A DNA stretch of 64,000 nt from an uncultured Desulfarculus sp. (GTDB lineage: Bacteria > Desulfobacterota > Desulfarculia > Desulfarculales > Desulfarculaceae), in contig CAXXUK010000001.1 in the NCBI GenBank assembly GCA_963665125.2, forward strand, positions 896,001-960,000, read 5' to 3'. The position numbers were made by a program, and so were the translations under genes. Of the stretch, positions 19,293 through 29,431 are shown piece by piece. Within the stretch, counting starts at the first letter, position 1, and each line of letters begins with the position of its first letter. Below the pieces are notes generated by a model. The model saw only the letters and a list, made by a program, of their open reading frames with translations. It was not told the origin of the DNA and searched no databases.

Positions 19293-19754
19293 TCAGAATT
19301 CCTCGTCCTGTTCCATAACGATTTCGTAGATATCAATGGCGTCAGGAGCCTCCAGGAGTTCTCTTCGAACGACGGTGCTCTTGAGCAGGCGCGAAATGCG
19401 GGCCAGCGCTTTAAGGTGCACCCCGGCCGAATTTTCCGGGGCGATCACCAAAAAGAACAAGTGGGCCGGTTTGCCGTCCAGCGAATCAAAATCCACCCCG
19501 GCTACGGACCGGCCGAAGGCCAGTTGCAGGGCATCGACCTGGTCCGTCTTGCCGTGGGGGATGGCTATGCCGTCGCCGATGCCCGTGGAACCAAGCCGCT
19601 CCCGTTCAACCAGCACTTCCATGAGTCTGGTTGGGTCAAGACCCGGATTGCCGGAGGCGAGGATTTGGCAAAGCTCCTCCATCACGCCCCGTTTGGTGCG
19701 TGACTTCAGGTCGGCGATGATGTGTTTTTTATCTAGTATGTCCGTCAGCTTCAT
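19293..19754 (-). CDS. ptsN: PTS nitrogen-regulatory EIIA (PtsN)
   Basis: RERLGSTGIGDGIAIPH, DFDSLDGKP, HLKALARISR; in the rpoN operon. Confidence 0.92.
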   Translation of the reverse strand: MKLTDILDKKHIIADLKSRTKRGVMEELCQILASGNPGLDPTRLMEVLVERERLGSTGIGDGIAIPHGKTDQVDALQLAFGRSVAGVDFDSLDGKPAHLFFLVIAPENSAGVHLKALARISRLLKSTVVRRELLEAPDAIDIYEIVMEQDEEF

Positions 19755-19775
19755 TGTTTGGCTGGATGCACTTTT

Positions 19776-20321
19776 CTATTGCGGCTCGATAAGGCCGAAG
19801 TTGCCGTCGGAACGGCGGTAAATAACGTTTAGCGTGTCCGTCTTGGCGTTGATGAACACCATGAATTCATCGCCCTGCGACAGATCGAGTTGCATGGCCG
19901 CCTCATCGACGTCCATGGGCTTGGCCACCAGCGATTCACTCATAATGTTGAGCGGAGCGTCTTCTTCTAAAACGCTCTCAGGTTCAAAAACAGCCACCTG
20001 ATACGGGATTTCACGCTCCCGGCGGTTGTTGCGGCCGAAGTTCTTCAGCTTGTCGCGGTAGCGCCGCAGTTGGCGCTCCAACTTGTCCATAACCAGATCG
20101 ATAGCGCTGTACAGGTCTCCGGTTGTTTCGCTGCCGTGGATCTTCAGACCGCTGGCAATGATGTACACATCTGCTTGATGACGGTGCTTTTCCACCTGCA
20201 CAGTGACATTGGCCTCGATGGGGCCGTCAAGATACTTTTGTACCTTGCTCACCTTTTCGCGTGCGTATTCCTTGATAGCCTCGGATGACTCCACATTTCG
20301 AAACGTCACTTGAGTCTGCAT
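19776..20321 (-). CDS. hpf: Ribosome hibernation promoting factor (long HPF)
   Basis: DLYSAIDLVMDKLERQLRRY; C-terminal KPMDVDEAAMQL...YRRSDGNFGLIEP. Confidence 0.95.
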   Translation of the reverse strand: MQTQVTFRNVESSEAIKEYAREKVSKVQKYLDGPIEANVTVQVEKHRHQADVYIIASGLKIHGSETTGDLYSAIDLVMDKLERQLRRYRDKLKNFGRNNRREREIPYQVAVFEPESVLEEDAPLNIMSESLVAKPMDVDEAAMQLDLSQGDEFMVFINAKTDTLNVIYRRSDGNFGLIEPQ

Positions 20322-20393
20322 ATCATAGGCCTCCTTGCTGCGCTTTCCGGTGGTCGCGACAAAATTGTTTGATATCCCGCTGAACAGACCTTG

Positions 20394-21911
20394 TCAACGG
20401 CCTTTTTTCCGCGCTCCCCTGCCCGTGAAGTTGCCAAGGGTTTCGCGGCGCCGGCTCGATGGCAAGATGCCCAGCATCTCTCTATATTTTGCCACTGTGC
20501 GACGGGCGATGTCTATGTTCTCGCGTATTAGGATATCTGCAATTGCCTGATCTGATAGGGGCTTAGCGGTGTTTTCTTCCGCGATGATTTTTCGGATGCG
20601 CTCCTTGACCGCCTCTGATGCCAAGGATCCGCCTTCCACCTTGTTGATGCCACTGTTGAAAAAGAATTTCAGTTCGAACACACCCTGGGGCGTGTGTACA
20701 TACTTGTTGGTGGTCACGCGGCTGATGGTCGATTCGTGCATGCCCACTTCTTCGGCAATATCCCTCAGGACCAGGGGCCGCAGCGCTGAAACTCCCTTTT
20801 CAAAAAAACCGCGCTGGAACTTGACGATGGCCTCTGTGACCTTGAAGATCGTGCGTTGGCGCTGGTGTATGGACCGGATAAGCCACATGGCGCTACGCAG
20901 TTTGTCCTGGACGTATTCCTTGGCCTTGGGGTCGGCCCCTTTGGCCAGGCTGTCACGGTAAAAATTGTTGACCTTGAGTTTGGGCAGCCCGTCTTCGTTG
21001 AGCACCACCACGAACTCGCCGTCGATCTTGTAGACGTATATATCCGGTGTTATGTATTGGGGTTCTTCGCCGCTGACGGTGCGGCCCGGTCTGGGGTCAA
21101 GAAGCCGGATTATCTCCAAAGCTTCGGCTATGTCATCGAGTTTTACACCCAGCTTTTTGGCCAGGGGCTGGTATTGGCGTTTTTCCAGCAGGTCCAGGTA
21201 GTCCTCGAGAATATCCAAGACCACGTCCTGGTGGGGGTAGAGGACAAGGGCCTGAATAAGCAGGCACTCACGCAGGTCCCGGGCGCCCACGCCCAAGGGG
21301 TCCATCTGCTGGATTACTCCCAGGACTTTTTCCACCGCTTCAGGCTCACAACCCGTCTGTTCGGCGATGTCTGCGATTTCCGCCTGCAGGTAACCGTCAT
21401 CGTCGAGGTTGCCGATGATCAACTGGCCAATATGGACGCCTTTTTCATCCAGGCTGCTCATGGTCAGCTGCCACAGCAGATGCTCTTGCAAGGTTGTCGC
21501 CCTGGTCATTACGTTTTCATAGGGCGGCGCTTCGCGGTCTTCGTGGATTACGGCTTCTTCGGAGCGGGTGGCTGAAGAGTACTCGCCCAGGTAATTTTCC
21601 CAGTCAAACTCGTCGCTGACGTTGTCATTTACGTCAATTTCCGAGGCGCCGTCTTCCCGGAGCTGCTCTTGGGCAGTTGTTTCAACGGGTGATTCCTCAA
21701 CAGGTTCGCCAAGGACCTCGGCTTCGTCCTTTTGCTGCTGCTGCTGGTTCTCCTCATCTATATCCAGCATGGGATTTTCCAACAGTTCCTGGTTTATGGC
21801 GTCGCTCAGCTCAAGCCTCGACAATTGCAACAGCTTTATTGCCTGTTGCAACTGTGGAGTCATTACAAGCTGTTGGGTCAGCTTGAGGCTTTGTTTGATT
21901 TCAAGTCCCAT
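20394..21911 (-). CDS. rpoN: RNA polymerase sigma-54 factor
   Basis: MTPQLQQAIKLLQL, HESTISRVT, RpoN box ARRTVAKYRE. Confidence 0.98.
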   Translation of the reverse strand: MGLEIKQSLKLTQQLVMTPQLQQAIKLLQLSRLELSDAINQELLENPMLDIDEENQQQQQKDEAEVLGEPVEESPVETTAQEQLREDGASEIDVNDNVSDEFDWENYLGEYSSATRSEEAVIHEDREAPPYENVMTRATTLQEHLLWQLTMSSLDEKGVHIGQLIIGNLDDDGYLQAEIADIAEQTGCEPEAVEKVLGVIQQMDPLGVGARDLRECLLIQALVLYPHQDVVLDILEDYLDLLEKRQYQPLAKKLGVKLDDIAEALEIIRLLDPRPGRTVSGEEPQYITPDIYVYKIDGEFVVVLNEDGLPKLKVNNFYRDSLAKGADPKAKEYVQDKLRSAMWLIRSIHQRQRTIFKVTEAIVKFQRGFFEKGVSALRPLVLRDIAEEVGMHESTISRVTTNKYVHTPQGVFELKFFFNSGINKVEGGSLASEAVKERIRKIIAEENTAKPLSDQAIADILIRENIDIARRTVAKYREMLGILPSSRRRETLGNFTGRGARKKGR

Positions 21912-21919
21912 AAGCGCAG

Positions 21920-22642
21920 CTAGAGGCTGAAGTCTTCTCCTAGGTAATATTGCCGGGCAACTTCGCTCTTGGCGATGTGCTCCGGACCGCCTTGTTCTAT
22001 AACCGTCCCCGATGCGAGGATGTATGCGCGGTCACACACCCCAAGTGTCTCACGAACGTTGTGGTCACTGATCAATATTCCGATGCCCAGGTCCTTTAAT
22101 TGGCGGATTATGTTTTGCAAATCCGCGACGGCCAGGGGGTCGATTCCCGCAAATGGTTCGTCCAGCAAAACAAACTGCGGCTCGGTAACCAGCAGGCGGC
22201 AAATTTCTACCCTGCGGCGTTCTCCGCCGGACAGGCTGAAAGCCTTGTTTTTACGTAGATGCTCGACGCCCAGTTCACCCAAAAGCCGTTCAAGGCGATC
22301 TTCCTGTTGCTGGTCCGTCAGGTCCAGGGTTTGCAGGATGGCCTTGATGTTGTCTTCCACGGACAGCTTTTGGAATATGCTGGATTCCTGGGGAAGGTAG
22401 CTGATGCCTCTGCGGGCCCGCAAATACATGGGCAGGTTGGTTATTTCCTCGCCGTTAAGTTTGACCACGCCCTCATTGGGCCGGATCATGCCCACGGTCA
22501 TGTAGAACGAGGTGGTCTTGCCCGCCCCGTTGGGGCCCAGCAGACCGACGATTTCCCGGTCCTTGACAAAGAGTGAAACATCATCAACGACCTTGCGTCG
22601 GCCGTACAACTTAACCAGATTGTGTAAACTCAGTTCGGCCAC
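21920..22642 (-). CDS. lptB: LPS export ABC ATPase LptB
   Basis: GPNGAGKTTSFY, YLPQE, LSGGERRRVEI, DEPFAGIDP, DHNVRETL. Confidence 0.96.
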   Translation of the reverse strand: MAELSLHNLVKLYGRRKVVDDVSLFVKDREIVGLLGPNGAGKTTSFYMTVGMIRPNEGVVKLNGEEITNLPMYLRARRGISYLPQESSIFQKLSVEDNIKAILQTLDLTDQQQEDRLERLLGELGVEHLRKNKAFSLSGGERRRVEICRLLVTEPQFVLLDEPFAGIDPLAVADLQNIIRQLKDLGIGILISDHNVRETLGVCDRAYILASGTVIEQGGPEHIAKSEVARQYYLGEDFSL

Positions 22643-22653
22643 GGAATCCGCCG

Positions 22654-23187
22654 TTATTTTTGTTCGTTTTGCTTGGGAACAATAGTCACCGACACACGCT
22701 TGCCCGGCTCGCCGTGCACCACGGCCCGGTCCTTGTCCAGGTATACGGTGATCTTGTCGCCGGAGACCTGGTTTTTGCCCTGCCAGACCGTGGCCTTGCC
22801 CTCCATGAGCAATTTGCGGCCGCCGGCCCAGTAGGTGCCCTTGCGGCCCACGGCCACCCGGTCTTTCTGGGTGATTTTGACATGGCCCAGAGCCACGACC
22901 ATGGTCACTCTGCCGCCGCTGCCGGCCATGACTCCGCCGTCGTCCTGGCCTTTTTTGCCTTCATTGCTGTAATGGACGTCAAGTTGGTCGCACAGGATTT
23001 TCACGTCGCCCTGGACCGCGTCGACGTTGCCGACAAAGTGGGCGATGTTGGCTTTGTTGTCTACCTCAAGGCTGTCGGCATTAACCGAGATGGGCTTGTC
23101 GCTGGCCATCGGGTCCACGGCCATGGCTGGTGCGGCGATCAGGGCCGCGATGGCGATAATTAGGGCCGTTATGGCAAGGCGCCTCAT
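22654..23187 (-). CDS. lptA: LPS transport periplasmic protein LptA
   Basis: Signal peptide; PISVNADSL, FVGNVDAVQG (OstA-like); synteny. Confidence 0.88.
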   Translation of the reverse strand: MRRLAITALIIAIAALIAAPAMAVDPMASDKPISVNADSLEVDNKANIAHFVGNVDAVQGDVKILCDQLDVHYSNEGKKGQDDGGVMAGSGGRVTMVVALGHVKITQKDRVAVGRKGTYWAGGRKLLMEGKATVWQGKNQVSGDKITVYLDKDRAVVHGEPGKRVSVTIVPKQNEQK

Positions 23188-23223
23188 TGGTTAGTCCTCC
23201 GTTGGCATTTGAGGTTAATAATG

Positions 23224-23820
23224 CTAGTCCACGGTTGCCCCGGGCGGAGGTCCGTCGCCCGAAGGAATGAACGTCGATTTTACGTTTTTTTCAAAAAGGA
23301 TCTTGTCTTCGGGCACGAATACCTTCATCCCCACTGCGTCCAGGCTGAAATCCGTGCCTGTAATCTTTACCGGATCGGTGGTGGTCACTACCTGGTCCGC
23401 GTCGGTGTAGGTGAGCGAATCGGTGACCAGGCGCATGCCGTCATGGGTTGTTCCCACCACGTTGCCTTTTAGCACCACAATCCGTTCGCCGCGAATGTAG
23501 GTGCCCGTGTCGCCCCGCAGGGTCACCTTTCCGCCGCCCTTGGGGAAAAAATCAACCTTGACGTTGGCCAGTTCAAATTCTTCCTTGGCCGGGTCCTGCT
23601 TCGCGCCCGAGGCCGTGAGGGTCCACTTGCGGACGCCTTCTTCCACATGGGTGTAGGTGATGCCCCGCATGTGCGGTTTGCCGTCCTGGTCCATTACGGG
23701 CGCGGGTTCGTTGGGGTCTATCAGCGGCAACCTGGCCGGTTTATGCATAATGGTGGCCAACGCCACGCCGGCGATGATAGCCACCAGGCTGATTGCAATG
23801 ATTAGTTGAGTGCGTCTCAA
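23224..23820 (-). CDS. lptC: LPS export protein LptC (start uncertain)
   Basis: Single N-terminal TM helix followed by beta-jellyroll-like sequence (W.L.A..A; LVTDSLTY); directly upstream of lptA-lptB. Confidence 0.8.
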   Translation of the reverse strand: MRRTQLIIAISLVAIIAGVALATIMHKPARLPLIDPNEPAPVMDQDGKPHMRGITYTHVEEGVRKWTLTASGAKQDPAKEEFELANVKVDFFPKGGGKVTLRGDTGTYIRGERIVVLKGNVVGTTHDGMRLVTDSLTYTDADQVVTTTDPVKITGTDFSLDAVGMKVFVPEDKILFEKNVKSTFIPSGDGPPPGATVD

Positions 23821-24040
23821 GATCGAGTGCCTGAATATGTTGTTCACCAAAAGCAAGCATGAGGCCATTCGCGGACCTTCCGCGCGGCACACAAAGTATA
23901 GCTAGAGCATGATGCGCGGTAAAGGCAAATTTCTTGCATGCGGGGACGATATTCGGCTATATGTCTATACAAATGTTTTGACTTAGCGTTTTTCTCTAAG
24001 AATTGCATAGGGCCAATAAATGCCTATAAAAGGATAGTTA

Positions 24041-24472
24041 ATGGACGTATTGACCAGATGCGTGGAGATCGCCGCAAAGGCCCACGCCGGGCAGGTGGAC
24101 AAGGCTGGGCGGCCTTATATCCTGCATCCGCTGCGCCTGATGATGCGGATGGAAACGCCACACGAAATGATGACCGCGGTGCTGCACGATGTCATCGAAG
24201 ACAGCGATGTTCGCCTCGATGATTTGCGCTCGGAAGGCGTACCGGATGAAGTATTGCAGGCCCTGGAGCTTCTCAGCCGCCGCGACGGCCAAGCCTATGA
24301 GCAGTTTATCACCCAAATCAAGCCCAACGCCTTGGCCCGCAAGGTCAAGCTGGCCGATCTGGCCGACAACATGAATCTGATGCGTTTGGAAAACGTGGGC
24401 TCAAAGGAGCTTGAACGGCTGGCCAAGTATCACCGGGCATTTAAAGAACTAACCTCGATCCATATCTCTTAG
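24041..24472 (+). CDS. Small HD-domain phosphohydrolase (RelA/SpoT-HD / small alarmone hydrolase-like)
   Basis: [35 protein letters not shown]. Confidence 0.85.
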   Translation: MDVLTRCVEIAAKAHAGQVDKAGRPYILHPLRLMMRMETPHEMMTAVLHDVIEDSDVRLDDLRSEGVPDEVLQALELLSRRDGQAYEQFITQIKPNALARKVKLADLADNMNLMRLENVGSKELERLAKYHRAFKELTSIHIS

Positions 24473-25336
24473 GATCTTTGCCGGGATGCCGTTTTCGCAG
24501 GGCACCTTGGTCTGGCAGAGTCCGCAGCCATAGGCCTCGAAGCCGTAGGTCTCCTTGCAGTGCGGGGACGAGACTTCAGACAAATATTTCAAACAGGCGG
24601 CCTTTTCGTGGCCCTTTTCGCTGATGGCCCCAACAGGACATCTTTCCGCGCAGGCCATGCAGCCGTGTCCAGTGAAATAGGCGCACCAGGCCCGGTGATT
24701 GTCATAGGGCCGGGGAGTGGCCTCGATATTCAGCCGGGCCACCACCGAGCCCACCCTGTGGGCCTTGCCCCGGCGGGTGATCAGGCCATCGCATAGGCCG
24801 AAGGTGCCCAGACCGGCGGCGTGGGCCGCGTGGCGTTCGCTCCAGCGGGAGGCAAAGCCGTATGTAGGCGATGTTTCCCACGACCAGTGGGAGGACAATT
24901 GGGGCGCCACGGCCTGAATCCCGGTGTCGATCAGGCTTTGGGCCACATGGCTCCGCAGGGCCTCGTTGAAGACCTCGCCTTCGGCCCTGGCCCGGAACCA
25001 GCGCTCCGCCGCGAAACGGGTCTGCTTGCTGTTGTCGGCCTTGGTCTGGTGATTCTGCAATAATATCCAGCTGATGACCGTCAGACCGCCGCCATCGGCC
25101 GGGTTGTCGGGAAACGTCAGGTTGAAGATCTCGGCCGGGGTGAAATGGAACGGGCCAACATGCTCTTTATACGACGCGTAGATATGGTCGTCGCCAGCCG
25201 AAAACCCCAGCAAATACTCTTCCCAAACCTGACGGTCTTCGTTGCGGAATTTGTTCAGCGGCGAATGGGCCACGAAATCATCGACCAGGCTGTTGATGGC
25301 TTCCGCCGAATTTTGTTCGATATTTTGAATGGTCAT
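24449..25336 (-). CDS. QueG/epoxyqueuosine-reductase-like 4Fe-4S protein
   Basis: [50 protein letters not shown] before ATG 25336. Confidence 0.75.
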   Translation of the reverse strand: MTIQNIEQNSAEAINSLVDDFVAHSPLNKFRNEDRQVWEEYLLGFSAGDDHIYASYKEHVGPFHFTPAEIFNLTFPDNPADGGGLTVISWILLQNHQTKADNSKQTRFAAERWFRARAEGEVFNEALRSHVAQSLIDTGIQAVAPQLSSHWSWETSPTYGFASRWSERHAAHAAGLGTFGLCDGLITRRGKAHRVGSVVARLNIEATPRPYDNHRAWCAYFTGHGCMACAERCPVGAISEKGHEKAACLKYLSEVSSPHCKETYGFEAYGCGLCQTKVPCENGIPAKILRDMDRG

Positions 25337-25446
25337 GAGGCTCTCCCGGCTGGAGTTGTCATGGCCAATTGTGACATTGTGCCCACCCCGGAGCCAATAA
25401 AAAAGCCGGACCATGGCGGCCCGGCTGGTGGTTTTTATGCTTGTTC

Positions 25447-26511
25447 CTAGAACTTGCGCAGGAAGAACAACACCGAGGTGTAGAGTATCTTGCCCTGTTT
25501 GAGGATCAGGTGCGGGGTGTGCTGCTGCTCGTGAGGCATTTCCGTGGGCCGATCCAGGGCCTTGCGGGGCATTTGCCAGGTCGGCTTTTGGATCAGCTTG
25601 AGGCCGCTGGGGGCCACCACATACTTTTCCAACTCGTCGATGCGGAAAAATTCCTCGTGGGTGTTGTCGTTGATGATGCATTCGGTGACGATGGCCGCCA
25701 TGCCGCCGGGCTTGAGCACCCGGCCGATCTCTGACATGGACCGGGCGGAACCTTCGTGTCCTCCGAAATGCTCGATGCTGGAGATGGAAAACACCACGTC
25801 AAAGGAGTTGTCCTCGAATTCCAGCTTGGTGCCGTCCATGCGCATGAATTTCAGGCGGTCTTCGGGGTAGTCGAATGGCGCGTATTTTTTAGGATCGTCA
25901 ATTACTGTCGGATCACCCTCGCGGCTGCCCCTGTCGGTCCAGCTTCCCTCGTACAGGTCGGTGGCGATAACCTCGCCGGTCTTGGTGGCCAGCCAGTAGG
26001 CCAGGGCCTCGTGCCCGGCGCCAACGCCCAGGCAGCGTTTGTCGTCGCCCAGCATGCCCAGCATGTCCAGGCCCAGCATGGTGTGGGTCCATTCCCAGCC
26101 CTTGCGGTGCATTGATTGCAGGCTCATGGGGATGACCGTCAGTTCCCGCTGATAGGAACGCCATTTTTCTTCCAGCCAGCGCCGGGGGTTCACCAGTTCG
26201 CAAAGTTGATATTCGGTGAACGGATCGTCCTGCACATGCTTGTCGAAGATGTCGCCGCTGTAAATGTCGACAAAGTCGAAAAGCACATCCGTGACATCAT
26301 AGAGGATCCGGTTGCGGAGCTTGAACTCGTCGGAATCGGCAAAGGAGCGGGACACATCCTGACGGGTCATGGAGCCCGAGGCCAGGTTGCCCAGATAATA
26401 GCTGCGGCCCCCTTCGTCGGCCTTGCGGCCCATCATCACCTGGTAGAGAAAATCGACGAATTGCTCGTCGCTGCCGGCGTCCAGAATTGTCTTTTTGCTA
26501 AACAGACCCAT
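25447..26511 (-). CDS. DUF4214-domain + class I SAM-dependent methyltransferase
   Basis: N-terminal FVDFLYQVMMGRKADEGGRSYY...FADSDEF (DUF4214-like); LGVGAG, FDVVFSISSIEH, RVLKPGG. Confidence 0.8.
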   Translation of the reverse strand: MGLFSKKTILDAGSDEQFVDFLYQVMMGRKADEGGRSYYLGNLASGSMTRQDVSRSFADSDEFKLRNRILYDVTDVLFDFVDIYSGDIFDKHVQDDPFTEYQLCELVNPRRWLEEKWRSYQRELTVIPMSLQSMHRKGWEWTHTMLGLDMLGMLGDDKRCLGVGAGHEALAYWLATKTGEVIATDLYEGSWTDRGSREGDPTVIDDPKKYAPFDYPEDRLKFMRMDGTKLEFEDNSFDVVFSISSIEHFGGHEGSARSMSEIGRVLKPGGMAAIVTECIINDNTHEEFFRIDELEKYVVAPSGLKLIQKPTWQMPRKALDRPTEMPHEQQHTPHLILKQGKILYTSVLFFLRKF

Positions 26512-26700
26512 CAGGCATCCTTGGTCATGGGTAACATTTTCACCTGGCCTAAGTTGAAATAGTTGATATGGCTGTCAATGTCAAGAAGTGGAACTTTTTT
26601 CCGGTCCCCAGGGTCCGATTTGTTGGGCCGTTTTTGGGCGACAATATGTAACCTGTTGAATAAGCTGGAAAAAGAATATTATGGTGTTTGTTGCTCCTGG

Positions 26701-26717
26701 CTGGCCCGTTGATTGCA
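26701..26717 (+). promoter_or_regulatory. Sigma54 (-24/-12) promoter
   Basis: CTGGCCCGTTGATTGCA: GG-N10-GC, close to YTGGCACGnnnnTTGCW. Confidence 0.75.
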
Positions 26718-26750
26718 ATAAAAACCGCCGGAAACATCCATGGAGATGCA

Positions 26751-28004
26751 ATGGCTATCGTCAGCAGCGCACAACTTTATCAGGCCGGGGTGTCCAGCGT
26801 TCGGACCACGAGTTTGCAAAGGGCATCGTCGTCGGGCGAGGCGTTTAGCAGCACACTGCAAAGCGCCCTGCAAAGCAGTACGTCTTCCAGCGCATCGGGC
26901 GGCTTGATCAGTTCCACCTCCCTGGTAAGCAAGGACGGCTCGGATACGGCCCTGGGTTCATATCTGATCCTGGCCAGCGACATCGGCAAGGTGGATCCCA
27001 ACGAGTTGCAGTATTACACATACAGTTCGTCCGGGGGGACGGATGGCGAAGCCGCGTGGTGGCAGGGCGACGGCACGGACGGCGCGGCCACTCTGCTACC
27101 CGGCATGAAGAGCTATTACAAGGGTGAGAAATTCACCATCGATGGCGTAAGCGTCGGCACCCAAGAGGTGGTCGGCGACAATATCCAGGACTTCCACAAT
27201 GTCCATTTCGTGGAAAAAGACGGCCTGATCTACGCATACTTCATCGACCACAGCGAAGGCACCCTCAACGACGTCGGCCTGGCCATCAGCTCCGACGGCG
27301 TGAATTTCGAATACCAGGGCAAGGTTCTGACCAAGGGCGACTCATTTGACGCCAACAAGGCCAGCTTCCCCAGCGTGGAATACGACGAGGACAGCGGCCA
27401 GTGGATCATGCTCTATGAAGCGACCTCGGCCGAAGGCGACATCGACACAGTATGCCTGGCCACCAGCGACGATGGCATCAATTGGACCAAGCACGGCCCG
27501 ATCATCGAGCCCGGCGACGCCGGATGGATCAGCAATGTTGATGTGGGCACCCCAACCATGTTCAAGGAAAACGGCGTGTGGCATGTCTACTTCCACACCT
27601 TTGCCGAGGACGGCAGGGTGCGCATAGGCTATGCCAGCGGCACGGACCTGGAAAACCTGGAGGTCATGCAGGGTCCGCTGTTGGATGTGGACGCTAGTGG
27701 CGACGAAAGCGTTACCGTGGGCTCCCGCAGCCGCATCTTCCAGCGCGACGGCTACTATTACATGGCCTACGAGATCAGTAACGGCGAAAATTACGACTTC
27801 AACACCCACACCTGGGGCATCAACCTGGCCCGGTCCACCTCACCGGGCGGCCCCTGGGAAAAAATGGACGGACCATTGCTGCAATCCGATGAAGTCGGCT
27901 TCGGAACCGACGGACCGGAGATCCTGGAACAGGACGGCCAGTTGTACGTCTACTACCGCAACGAGCAAAACGGTACCACCAGGGCCGAAATAATCGGCAT
28001 CTAA
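26751..28004 (+). CDS. Ser-rich N-terminus + five-bladed beta-propeller, glycoside-hydrolase-like (GH32/43/130-type fold)
   Basis: Five blade repeats (HNVHFVEKDGLIYAYF, FPSVEYD..QWIMLYE, TPTMFKENGVWHVYF, SRIFQRDGYYYMAYE, GPEILEQDGQLYVYY), S.DG..W/F turns; RBS GGAG. Confidence 0.65.
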   Translation: MAIVSSAQLYQAGVSSVRTTSLQRASSSGEAFSSTLQSALQSSTSSSASGGLISSTSLVSKDGSDTALGSYLILASDIGKVDPNELQYYTYSSSGGTDGEAAWWQGDGTDGAATLLPGMKSYYKGEKFTIDGVSVGTQEVVGDNIQDFHNVHFVEKDGLIYAYFIDHSEGTLNDVGLAISSDGVNFEYQGKVLTKGDSFDANKASFPSVEYDEDSGQWIMLYEATSAEGDIDTVCLATSDDGINWTKHGPIIEPGDAGWISNVDVGTPTMFKENGVWHVYFHTFAEDGRVRIGYASGTDLENLEVMQGPLLDVDASGDESVTVGSRSRIFQRDGYYYMAYEISNGENYDFNTHTWGINLARSTSPGGPWEKMDGPLLQSDEVGFGTDGPEILEQDGQLYVYYRNEQNGTTRAEIIGI

Positions 28005-28176
28005 CCGCCACCCATGGCCCGTTGTTCTTGAGCCCTGAAAAAAAATGGTTAAAGGGTTTCAAGAATGGCTCTCGGGCTGTTAAATTAACTCCTTATGGCA
28101 TTGATGACTCGGGCCCTGGCCGGAAACGTTCGCCAATGACGGACAAATTCCGGAATATGCCAGTGCGCGCAATAAG

Positions 28177-28205
28177 TTGACAGGTTTCATACTGGTGGGT
28201 AGATT
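28177..28205 (+). promoter_or_regulatory. Sigma70 promoter of the fabD-oxidoreductase operon
   Basis: TTGACA-17 nt-TAGATT. Confidence 0.65.
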
Positions 28206-28271
28206 TTAAGTTCCCGCTTGGCGCGGGCCCTTTTTTTGTGGGACGCGCGCGGCATGTTGGGAGGAGCGGCA

Positions 28272-29198
28272 TTGAAAATCGCGGTTGTATTTCCAGGACA
28301 AGGTTCCCAGTTCGTGGGCATGGGCAAGGAGTTTTTCGAGGCTTCGGACCAGGCGCGGGATATCTTCGCCAAGGCTGAAAAGGCCAGTGGCCTTGCTTTG
28401 CAGCGCCTTTGCTTCGAGGGCCCAATGGATGAGTTGACCCAGACCGTGAATCTGCAACCGGCCATCACGGCCGTGAACATGATCTGCTGGCAGGCCCTGA
28501 AGGCTGCGGGCGTGGATGCGGCGATGACGGCCGGCCACAGTTTGGGCGAATACTCGGCCCTGGCCGCCGCCGGCGCGCTGCCCCTGGAAAAATGCTTTGA
28601 ACTGGTGGCCCTACGGGGCAGGCTAATGGACCGCGAGGCCCAGGCCAATCCCGGAGCAATGGCCGCCATCATGGGCGCGGGTCCCGACGACGTGGCCGCC
28701 CTGTGCGCCGAGGCCGGAGGCATGGTCCAGCCGGCCAACTACAACACTCCCCAGCAGACGGTGATCACCGGAGCCAAGGACGCCGTGGGCGCCGCCTCGG
28801 ACCTGGCCAAGGAAAAGGGCCTCAAGTCCATACCGCTGCGGGTCTCCGGCGCCTGGCACAGCCCGCTGATGCAAAAGGCCGCCGACGAAATGGCCCAGGC
28901 TTTGGCCGACGTGAAATGGGACGAGCCCGGCTGCCCGGTGGCCCCCAACACCACGGGCCGGCTCACGGGCAAAGCTTCCGAGCTTGCCGAGCAACTGGCC
29001 GCCCAGATCACCGCGCCGGTGCGCTGGGTCCAGACCATTGAGGCCATGTTGGCCGAGGGCGTCGACACCTTCATCGAGGTGGGCCCCAAGAACGTACTGG
29101 CGGGATTGATCAAGAAGACCGCGCCATCGGGCGCCGCCAATATATTCAACATCCAAGATCCCGGGAGCCTGGATAAGGTCCTCGGCGAAATCAAATGA
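28272..29198 (+). CDS. fabD: Malonyl-CoA:ACP transacylase (TTG start)
   Basis: VFPGQGSQ, GHSLGEY, VSGAWHSPLM, EVGP; GAGGAG RBS. Confidence 0.93.
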   Translation: MKIAVVFPGQGSQFVGMGKEFFEASDQARDIFAKAEKASGLALQRLCFEGPMDELTQTVNLQPAITAVNMICWQALKAAGVDAAMTAGHSLGEYSALAAAGALPLEKCFELVALRGRLMDREAQANPGAMAAIMGAGPDDVAALCAEAGGMVQPANYNTPQQTVITGAKDAVGAASDLAKEKGLKSIPLRVSGAWHSPLMQKAADEMAQALADVKWDEPGCPVAPNTTGRLTGKASELAEQLAAQITAPVRWVQTIEAMLAEGVDTFIEVGPKNVLAGLIKKTAPSGAANIFNIQDPGSLDKVLGEIK

Positions 29199-29431
29199 GA
29201 CAACATATGGCTAAGGTGACGGTAATCAGCGAACGCTGCAAGGGCTGCGGGCTCTGCGTGGACGCCTGTCCGCGCGGCAACCTCCAGCTTGGCCAGAACA
29301 TCAACGCCAAGGGCTACCATTTCGTGGAGTGGACCAATGGCGGCGAAAAGCCGTGCAACGGGTGCGCCTTCTGCGCCGAACTCTGCCCTGATGTGGCTCT
29401 GCGCGTTTTCAAAGAAGAGCGAGGCAAATAA
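29195..29431 (+). CDS. 2-oxoacid:ferredoxin oxidoreductase delta subunit (2x[4Fe-4S]); start 29195 or 29207
   Basis: CKGCGLCVDACP and CNGCAFCAELCPD. Confidence 0.9.
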   Translation: MRQHMAKVTVISERCKGCGLCVDACPRGNLQLGQNINAKGYHFVEWTNGGEKPCNGCAFCAELCPDVALRVFKEERGK

